Position numbers and translations under genes: made by a program. The notes below the pieces were generated by a model. That model did no database searches, was not told where the DNA came from, and saw nothing but the letters and a program-made list of their open reading frames with translations. This document shows positions 1-8,829 of a stretch of DNA of 64,000 bases, in pieces; the stretch's first letter is position 1; each line of letters begins with the position of its first letter. Source of the stretch: Selaginella moellendorffii (lineage: Eukaryota > Plantae > Lycopodiophyta); NCBI RefSeq assembly GCF_000143415.4, contig NW_003314312.1:1767-65766 (forward strand). The letters run 5' to 3'.

Positions 1-1727
1 ATTCCCAAAAACTGCTCGGATACCATTCCAGTTTGCACCAGCCCCATCTGCCATGAAACCACGAAAGTTTGCAGGCTTACCAGTCCGCTTTAGGACAATA
101 TCAGAGAGGGACTTCCAAAATATTTCCTGTGCTGTCTAGTCTTGTACTTTAAACTCTGCTGTCGCAATTGTTAAGTTACAACGTAGCCTATGAAAACATA
201 AATATTATAACAATTTCAATATAATGAGAATAAAAATTACCTTGGATCATACACATGAGCTCCCATGGTTGTCCAACCGGATACACGCTCCATATGGTCA
301 AAATGTACCCATGCATTTGCAAGGTCACTGGACCCAAACATGTCCATTCGGGAGACAAGATCTACACCAGAGGCAGGGCCCATGGTAGACATTTTGAAGA
401 CGAAGGGGCGCTCTTGCTCATTCACAACTTGGTCTGGAAACAAACTTCCGTGGATGAACTCGTATGGACAGGTCCGTTTCAATTCAAGGATGGAGTCAAT
501 TTTTGATTGCAACTTCCCCTCTCGAGATTCACACATCCAAGATTTTATCCTAAACAATATAATGTAAGAAAAAATTATTATTATAACGTATGAAAAATAA
601 TGGATGTACCTCCTTAGGCTAGTAGCAGGTTGTACTCCTCGTAGTAAGTCCCGCAAGCTAGCCTCGTTTAGTTGAGTCTTTTGGCAACCTGGATTGAGTA
701 AGGTATTTGCGATAAAATCCTTGAGGACGGTCTTCTGAACATGCTTCGGAGTTGCAGATGAGTTTCTCATAGTCTCTTCCTGTACAGCATCTTTGAAACG
801 GTTGAGAGAACTCCTTTGTATCCCTTCCTGCATTGGATGCATATGTGTGCCAACATGCACTGCAGCTCTTCCAGCCACTCCATCCCGTGGAAGAAAGTAG
901 TACATCTTGGCCTCGCAGATAGCACGACATAGAGGAGCATTTTTGCAGAATCGACATTTGAATCCAACAGCAATGGTGTCACAGGCTGGAGGATTGACTG
1001 CAGACCCTTCGAAAAATATAGAGTTTCTAGAGCGGTCTCGATTGCATGCTTCATCCACACAATCTAAATGCCCGCCACAATGAACTATAGACACTGTGCC
1101 TTCAAAATGTTGGAAGTGTGTGGTCTTGATTTTGCACCAATTGTGGACATCCTGCTTGGTTTCCATCCCCTTCCGTTTGGAACCTGTGCTGCTGACAAGA
1201 GGTGGTAGCTCGAAGAAAATGTTGCCGTTGTAGGAGGATGGAAGCTCACTCACAAGCCTATACAAAAACAAGTGCACGTCGATTGAGAGGCGTGAAAATT
1301 GGAAAGCATTGCTAACGGCTTTGAATATTGCTGAAGTTGGAGCTGGAGCTGGTGAATTTGGCGCCGACACTAGCATGACATCTTCACTTGAACTAGAAGA
1401 GGACGAGAGGATAACGACTGACTCTTGCTTCACATTCACTTTCGCTGGAGCGCATTTTGGCATTTTGACTGGAGATCCAAACACTCGAATCTCCTTCGAC
1501 TTGGAATTTTGTAAATCCCATTGTTGTCCACCCTCGCCCACACCAGAAAGAAGAAACTCCGAGTATGCAACTATACCGGTGTCGTTGCGGATCACAGCCT
1601 CTAAAGAAATAGAGCCAAGACGAAGATCAAAACGCCGACATAAAAAACTTTCAGAAACAATACTCTGAGAGAATGAAAGAGGTGGGTGATCTCGAAAATG
1701 AAGAAGAAACCTCTCCATCCTTCTCAA
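1..1727 (-). CDS. Mutator-like (MULE) DDE transposase with N-terminal GCM/WRKY-like Zn-finger; spliced, runs off the window start, one in-frame stop in this copy
   Basis: Cys/His pattern C.GHLDC...C...CRFC...C.AK...HVGTHMHP (~833-1150) is GCM-like. First catalytic-D context WVHFDHMERVSGWTTMGAHVYD. GT-AG introns at 550-609 (in frame, explains the hydrophobic YIHYFSYVIIII stretch) and 188-240. The exon at 1-187 reads RLRCNLTIATAEFKVQD*TAQEIFWKSLSDIVLKRTGKPANFRGFMADGAGANWNGIRAVFG, matching the MULE second-D motif. TAG at 136-138. True start uncertain. Confidence 0.75.
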
Positions 1728-1938
1728 TAGGTTTTGGAGTTCTCTCTCTTTATGCTACTTGTAAAAATCTATAGTGAAACATAATTGAAATTTAAATAGA
1801 GTAATAAGAAGACAACGTACAAAATGAATTTAAATTCTATAGCAAATTTAACATGTGTAAGTGTGACAGTATTAATATTACTGTCATCTATTATGATGTC
1901 TGATGCATGTATACACATAGATCCAAGGAAAGATTTTC

Positions 1939-2270
1939 AGCACGTGAAGTTTGATAGTTAATAATGATACCAGTAATGACATTCTGCTATAACGTGTTAA
2001 ACCAAGAGATCCAATCTAACTATCAGCACGTGTGATATGTCAAGTTGTCAAATTTTAAGTGGTAGATGATAATAAATCTTGTCAAATCTTATTCTTCAAT
2101 AACAGATTTGATTCGTAGTACAACTCAAGTTTTATCCATAATTATGAACACTGCTCAATGACATTTAAAGCACGTGCCTATTGTTTAGGATCTAATACAG
2201 TACAAAATAAATTTCTGGATGCGGATTCATCCATTCATAGATGGATATAGTACAACATATTTTAACGTGC
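1939..2270 (+). promoter_or_regulatory. Cluster of ACGTG/G-box motifs in the AT-rich spacer between the divergent genes
   Basis: AGCACGTG three times (CACGTG at 1941, 2027, 2171) plus TAACGTG at ~1990 and ~2263. Confidence 0.35.
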
Positions 2271-2502
2271 CTTATTTATACTCTTTGAAGTTCTTGTAAC
2301 GATTCCAAAATATGTACAAAATAGTGATGAGAATGCATCCTTTCTAGATAATTTGTAAAATATAATATCATATCTCTAATAACAGAAATGTTGATAGGTG
2401 CTAGTTATACCATCATTAAAATATACAAAATAAAGAAGCATAATTTACATATAATAATAATGATAAGATAAAATAAGATCAAAGATATTGTGATGGTTGA
2501 GA

Positions 2503-2598
2503 TTTAGGTTATTCGGAATGAACGGCCAGGATGAGAGATAGGTTAGGGTTAGGGCAGCCGTCAGGATTAGGGTTAGGGTAGCCGCCAAGATTAGGTTA
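2503..2598 (+). repeat. Degenerate ~24-bp tandem units built on TTAGGG telomere-like motifs
   Basis: ataggttagggttagggcagccgtcaggattagggttagggtagccgccaagattaggtta. Confidence 0.7.
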
Positions 2599-3562
2599 CT
2601 GTTCGCATCGTGAGTGGGTCGCGCGAGAGATCGAGAGATTGAGCGNNNNNNNNNNNNNNNNNNNNNNNNNNNNNNNNNNNNNNNNNNNNNNNNNNNNNNN
2701 NNNNNNNNNNNNNNNNNNNNNNNNNNNNNNNNNNNNNNNNNNNNNNNNNNNNNNNNNNNNNNNNNNNNNNNNNNNNNNNNNNNNNNNNNNNNNNNNNNNN
2801 NNNNNNNNNNNNNNNNNNNNNNNNNNNNNNNNNNNNNNNNNNNNNNNNNNNNNNNNNNNNNNNNNNNNNNNNNNNNNNNNNNNNNNNNNNNNNNNNNNNN
2901 NNNNNNNNNNNNNNNNNNNNNNNNNNNNNNNNNNNNNNNNNNNNNNNNNNNNNNNNNNNNNNNNNNNNNNNNNNNNNNNNNNNNNNNNNNNNNNNNNNNN
3001 NNNNNNNNNNNNNNNNNNNNNNNNNNNNNNNNNNNNNNNNNNNNNNNNNNNNNNNNNNNNNNNNNNNNNNNNNNNNNNNNNNNNNNNNNNNNNNNNNNNN
3101 NNNNNNNNNNNNNNNNNNNNNNNNNNNNNNNNNNNNNNNNNNNNNNNNNNNNNNNNNNNNNNNNNNNNNNNNNNNNNNNNNNNNNNNNNNNNNNNNNNNN
3201 NNNNNNNNNNNNNNNNNNNNNNNNNNNNNNNNNNNNNNNNNNNNNNNNNNNNNNNNNNNNNNNNNNNNNNNNNNNNNNNNNNNNNNNNNNNNNNNNNNNN
3301 NNNNNNNNNNNNNNNNNNNNNNNNNNNNNNNNNNNNNNNNNNNNNNNNNNNNNNNNNNNNNNNNNNNNNNNNNNNNNNNNNNNNNNNNNNNNNNNNNNNN
3401 NNNNNNNNNNNNNNNNNNNNNNNNNNNNNNNNNNNNNNNNNNNNNNNNNNNNNNNNNNNNNNNNNNNNNNNNNNNNNNNNNNNNNNNNNNNNNNNNNNNN
3501 NNNNNNNNNNNNNNNNNNNNNNNNNNNNNNNNNNNNNNNNNNNNNNNNNNNNNNNNNNNNNN

Positions 3563-6500
3563 TCTTGAGGCGCTCAAGTGGCCAGGCCCTTGTGACTTGA
3601 TCAGAGAAATCCCCCTTTGCCGTTTGCAGCAGACGAACCTTGTCCGCACAGCATCCAAGTATGTCAACCCGGATATATACAGCTTGTTCAAACAGAATGG
3701 CCTTGCAACAAATATCGGTATGTTTCTAGTCTCTTTTTGCAAGCCAGGAACAACGGAGATCATTACTGTCACACCCGAGATTGTGAATAGCTGGGATCCT
3801 ATTTGGAGGAGGAAGTCCCTAGAATTTGATGACATGCTTATCAGACATCCTGAGACTCGACAGCTTGCGGGGACAATGTTCCAAATTATTGACGGTAACC
3901 ACCGATATGGAGCTTGGATGAAGTGTATCGACGATCATTTTCGCGATGATCCTGTCTACCATATCAACGTTCCAGTCGGCCATGTCTACGCGAGGGGACC
4001 TTTGGATGTCAACAGACTTATCTTGGCCTGCCAAAAGATCAATGCGTAAGTTTTATAATTTTACCTCTAACTCCACTTTAACTTGTTTTGTTGTGTTTAA
4101 ATGTAGGCTTGGGCAGTTTGCTGTTCAAAAACAAAATCTTGTCCATGACATCGAGCAACTTCGATTTTTGGCAGACTTGAGTGAGGATGACATCCGCCAA
4201 CATTATGGTGATGATCTCGCAACACTTGTTCGGCACTCACGCACTCGAAATGACGGTACAACTTGGTTCAACAACCCAATCAGTTTTATGCTCGCTGTGT
4301 GGTGTAAGGTATGTCTTTCCCTTTTATTTTATAAAAGCCTCTTTTAATTGTTTTGGTTTTTAGCCTTTGGTGAAGGTCAAGCAGGATGCTTACGAACTTG
4401 CATATCTGGAGAAGAGTCGGGAAGAGCTCTCAGCTGAGTTTGTACAAATTGAGCACAAAATTCAGCATGCAAAGTCCTCAAAGTTGAAGAAACTAGTATG
4501 CATTGCAGACAATCGCAGGCCGAAGGAGTGGCTAGAGACTATAGCCGAAATTTCTTCTCATGAATGTAAGTTTTTTATCACACTTCATTTTTTTTAATTA
4601 TGCATATGTTACTTTTGCAGTGAACAAAACTCCAGATGATATGATTTACAATATCGCAAAATCGAAGCTTCCATATAAGCAACAGATAGAGACTCTGGAG
4701 TTCCTCAATGTCTGCTTGATGAACAGAGAGAAAGGACTGCCAGAACTATTTGAGAACATGATGAGAAGGGCTGTCTACATCACGCAAACTATAAGTGAAG
4801 GTGAGAAGTTCTTGGCACCACACATTGGTGACGATCCAGATGGCACATTCATGTCTTTCGACACCTACATCAACACGTCATTGGAAGGGATCGAAGAGGG
4901 GTGGCTGCCAGAGAAGTCTACAAGCACAACAACTTATGATTGCCAACATGGTTAACCTTATTTCATGCGACGTGCAGCTTATAGGTATAATATGATTTCT
5001 AAGACTGTTTTTTAATATATATTGTTTACAGGTATCTTCGATATAGAGGCATGCCATTTGAGGCACCAGTTTGCACTCAACTTGTTGCAAAGGGTGTAAG
5101 AGATGGAGGAATGTATCCAACAATGTTTGCGAGAGTTCCAAAGGCACGGAAGATAGAATGCCCTTGGGAGTTGGAGCTCCTAGGGAAGGAGACCTCTACA
5201 CTAGATCGCGAGGAAATTATCAATGCTAGCAACGATGGCAATGCAAGTGACGATGGAGACGAGGATGAGGAAGCTCCAGATCAAGTTCATGTTCCACCAC
5301 CAGACAATCAGGAACAGGCTCCAATTCAACCATCAAACAACCAAGATCCGGATCAGGTTTTACCAGTAAATAACGATGATCAAGTGGTTCACAGAATATC
5401 ACGTCGACCTCGAGGTAAGCAAAAGTGAATTTTACAAACTAAAGGTGGTAATACATGTTTTTTGCAGCAATGACTGTTGGCAGTAATTTCATTCCAGCTC
5501 GACGAGATGCTCGTGAAGAGGAGTTGGAGGAACTCTCATCGACAACACGCCATATGACGGTATCATACTATTTATTACTTTTTTCATTCACTTAGCTCTT
5601 TTATAGGTCCGTCCTGTGTCCCCAATAACACAACGAGGCATTGTGGGTATCTTCATTGGCTCTTACAGTAGATTATTGACATCTTTCACGGAAGACGACA
5701 TCAACATGGATATACGCCGCCAGTTCAACCGTTGGTGCCGAAAGATACAAAGGCCCGTGCTCCCAGTTGCGGACTTCATTCTCTTTGACTTTCCAGATGG
5801 TCTTTCAGATATCGATGGGAAAGTTGAGGATTGGAACTTTCTCACACCTGACCACTTGCGCGATGCATTCCTATTGTCCGAAGTACTTATGCTCGAAGCT
5901 GGCCATGTCGTCTTCATCCTACCGAATGACCCCAACTGGATGTATGAGCTTATGACGTGCGCAGCAGAAGTTCATTTCAAGTCATTCTCTTCCGGGTGCA
6001 TTATGGATCCTATTGGCGTTGATACAAGGGGCGTCCAAGGGAAGCCTGAAAAGGTGAGTATGTATTTTATAATTTTATCTAATTTCTAAACATTTTTATT
6101 TTCCAGGTTATGATGTGGACCTATCATGCCTTCTGCAGAAACACACATGATGGGTTTCGTGATAGCGAACGTGCAGCACGTGTTTTGCCTGGGTACGACA
6201 GTTCCACTAACATCATACCCAACCTTGTGGATGAGCAGATCCGCAACATGTTTCCAGGGTACCGATTCCGAACTCCATCAGCAATGCAAGTCTTGCTTGA
6301 GCTCTATTGCCCACCAGATGGTATTGTGATTGATTGCACAGCAGGTAGTGGTTCTATGGTGGAGGTAGCACGTGACTCTGGTAGGTCGGTGTTTGCTATT
6401 GAAGAACATCATTTCTTCAAACGCCGGCTCAGAGGATTTCGTGAGTTGCCTTCAACCTCAAGGAGGTAAATTATGTTTATTAAAATTTCAATATATATTT

Positions 6501-6678
6501 CATTCTATTTTATAGATCACAATCACCTGGAGTTTCTAGAATTGGAGGCTTTCGAAGTCTCCCTGACTATGCAGAAGCCATGGCTCAACATATGCAAGGT
6601 GAATCTTCCCCACAATACCACTATAGGAGGAAGTATAAAAGAAATCATTATGTTGATGATGAGGCAGAAGAAAGTTAA
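3563..6678 (+). CDS. ParB/Srx-like domain fused to a beta-class N6-adenine/N4-cytosine DNA methyltransferase (N6_N4_Mtase-like); 8 introns; 5' end in gap; probable frameshift and stop near 4900-4940
   Basis: ParB signature IPLCRL...VR and FQIIDGNHRYGAW (IIDGNHR at 3885-3905). MTase motif IV-like ADFILFDFPDG (5769-5801), then VLMLEAGHVVFIL, then motif X/I TPSAMQVLLELYCPPDGIVIDCTAGSGS...ARDSGRSVFAIEE (DCTAGSGS at 6332-6355), in the beta order. GT-AG introns 4046-4106, 4309-4363, 4566-4620, 4951-5031, 5415-5467, 5560-5606, 6054-6106, 6466-6515 join the ORF-track fragments in phase; the 4951-5031 intron has a weak donor and needs the upstream frameshift. Ends YVDDEAEES* (TAA 6676-6678). Confidence 0.8.
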
Positions 6679-6712
6679 TTGCATCCTTACATAAAATGGA
6701 AAGCTTGTTATA

Positions 6713-6777
6713 TGTTAGATGTCAGTAAAATTGTCAGATGTCAGTAAAATTGTTAGATGTCAGTGTCAGTGTCAGAT
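6713..6777 (+). repeat. 19-bp tandem repeat (x3) rich in TGTCAG
   Basis: tgttagatgtcagtaaaat / tgtcagatgtcagtaaaat / tgttagatgtcagtgtcagtgtcagat. Confidence 0.9.
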
Positions 6778-6987
6778 ACCATAATTATAGATTATCATTC
6801 TCACCTGTCACCATCACTTTGTAGCGTTTGTGTGTTGCCATCTCCTCCTTCAACATTTTGTAAGCAATTGTATGTGATATGATAGCACCTTCTAGAACAA
6901 GGTATGTTACCTACAACTAATATCATTTTATTATATTTTTTCTTTTAATAGTGACAATACTATAGTATAGTAAAGTAATTCTAGATC

Positions 6988-7533
6988 TTACATTCCACTA
7001 TAGGGTGGCCTAAAAACCCCATATTTTGCACTAGCCAATGTAGTGTTTCCCAAGGGGATGTTGTTCCTCACCATGAAGCGATAGTGGGTATGTGTCTGTA
7101 ACTCATTCTTGAATCTATTGTACATCCACATGTGCACATTTTCCAGACCTGCCGTTGGGCAATTCTTACAATGCTCAAGAAAAGTTTGTAAACCCATAGA
7201 GCCATTTGTCTTGTCCAAGAAAAAGTAGCATATTGGACACCGAATGTAATAGCGTTCTGTGCTTTCAAGTAGTCCTGCCATGTCAGGAGCAAGATCTTGC
7301 AAAAACATGTGGCATTGCTCTTGAAGCGCTAAAGGCAATCCCTCTCTAGTAGCAAGATCCGGAATTTCACATATAGGGAGCTCTAATTCAGCTTCACTAG
7401 AGCCCTCAGCAGAAAAAGGATTGTTACGTAGAGGTGAAGGTGGAATGTTGGTAGAACTTGGGGATGGAGGTGGAGATTGATATGAAATGCTGGGGGGCCA
7501 AGTACGATTAGCAATGGGTCTCCTTTGAGCCAT
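6988..7533 (-). CDS. Small protein with Pro/Ser-rich N-terminus and a putative Zn-finger; likely transposon accessory ORF
   Basis: Intact 181-aa ORF from ATG 7533 (MAQRRP...), with CPIC-x18-HCKNC...H, flanked by repeat arrays. Confidence 0.5.
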   Translation of the reverse strand: MAQRRPIANRTWPPSISYQSPPPSPSSTNIPPSPLRNNPFSAEGSSEAELELPICEIPDLATREGLPLALQEQCHMFLQDLAPDMAGLLESTERYYIRCPICYFFLDKTNGSMGLQTFLEHCKNCPTAGLENVHMWMYNRFKNELQTHTHYRFMVRNNIPLGNTTLASAKYGVFRPPYSGM

Positions 7534-7621
7534 TTCAATATAAACTTCTAAGGAGCTCAAGGAGAACAAAAAACCTACAATGACTATAACTTTTCTAGAT
7601 AGTTTATATACTAAGTTTTAG

Positions 7622-7762
7622 TCTTGGGAATGCGGTTTATTTATTATGACACTGACAATACTCAGATTCTTGGGAACAAGGTTTATTTATTATGACACTG
7701 ACATTACTCAGATTCTTGGGAATGAGGTTTATTTATTATGACACTGACAATACTCAGATTCT
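7622..7762 (+). repeat. 46-bp tandem repeat x3
   Basis: Unit tcttgggaa(tgc/caa/tga)ggtttatttattatgacactgaca(a/t)tactcagat occurs three times. Confidence 0.95.
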
Positions 7763-8238
7763 TTAAATGTCAGTCTTGGAAATGGGGCTTCATAATCATA
7801 GCTTTCTTGTAAACATAAGAGCTTCTAGAATTTTAGATTATCGTGTATACACATGCTCTATCATTATGATGAATCCTACTTTGCTACACATATATTCTTT
7901 TCTACACATGCCAAATGTCTACGGAAATAAATTGCAAGGAAATATAGACCACATTATAGTGGTAGAGCACGTTGGCACGCTACCATTCTCTCATGTGAGA
8001 TTGCCTTTTAATCTTGGAAGTGTAGATAAAGTTGATTCTTTGATGTGATATTACTTTTGAGTCTTTCGAAAGATTTTGATTTCTTTTATCATTATTTACA
8101 AACAATTCCCAAAAACTTTTAATGAGGATTCACTGCAAAATATACCTTGGTCTTATCATATGAGAGGATTGCGATATAGGCAAGCAATAGAGTTTTTAAT
8201 ATGAATTAATATGTAAATTACAAATGTCATAGAAAGTT

Positions 8239-8487
8239 TTATGGAGTAGATTTCTTGGTGCTTTCCGCTGTGCTGTTCATTTCTTCATTTCTCTTGCTCT
8301 GGACTGTTGTTTCAGAAGTAACAGGAGCATTTTTATCAATCGTGATAGTGGTCTCCACATTCCCAGATGGGTAATAAGGACCAGGAGTGTAATATGGAGA
8401 TTGTGGTAGTGAAACAAAATTAACATTCTCACATTCCTTTGCACTACAACTCTTACTCACAGATCTTGTATTTTCCTTGCTTCCCAT
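8239..8487 (-). CDS. Short Ser/Thr/Pro-rich ORF of unknown function, possibly first part of a decayed accessory gene
   Basis: MGSKENTRSVSKSC...PQSPYYTPGPYYPSG; more coding-like than its AT-rich flanks, no recognised domain. Confidence 0.25.
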   Translation of the reverse strand: MGSKENTRSVSKSCSAKECENVNFVSLPQSPYYTPGPYYPSGNVETTITIDKNAPVTSETTVQSKRNEEMNSTAESTKKSTP

Positions 8488-8766
8488 CTTCTCAAGAACC
8501 CTAAAAACTCTTTTGAATGAAGGAATAGTATCTACAGCTGTAAAAGTATTCAAAATATTAAGTAGTCAAATCAAATATGACAGCTGTAACAGTTGTCATA
8601 ATAAAATAATATAGTTTTATAAAAGATAGGTTCTCATGAACTTTGTCTTTTTTAAACAATTCAATCTTATAGAAACTTTTAACTTAGATATTTACATATT
8701 TTAATATTTTAAAGTTTGCTAGAACCTTCATTTGTTCAATTTAGATCTCCTTTGTAATATTTCTTA

Positions 8767-8829
8767 TTGACTATGTTGACTTGAGTTGACTTGTGTTGAA
8801 TTGAGCTCAACTCATGAGCTCAACTCAAC
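8767..8829. repeat. TTGAC 9-10-bp period repeats followed by a 15-bp inverted repeat at the junction with a truncated Gypsy
   Basis: ttgactatg-ttgacttgag-ttgacttgtg-ttgaattgag; gttgaattgagctca (8795-8809) pairs with tgagctcaactcaac (8815-8829). Confidence 0.7.

Noticed and set aside
2591-3600. Long ORFs spanning N runs (also at 22439-23101, 28236-28527, 62043-62336)
   Set aside because: Artefacts of translating assembly gaps.
3563-6678. Bacterial contamination as the source of the ParB-MTase
   Set aside because: The gene has spliceosomal introns and is contiguous with plant retrotransposons and plant genes.
7622-7762. CRISPR-like appearance of the 46-bp repeats
   Set aside because: Units are contiguous with no unique spacers, no cas genes are present and the context is eukaryotic.
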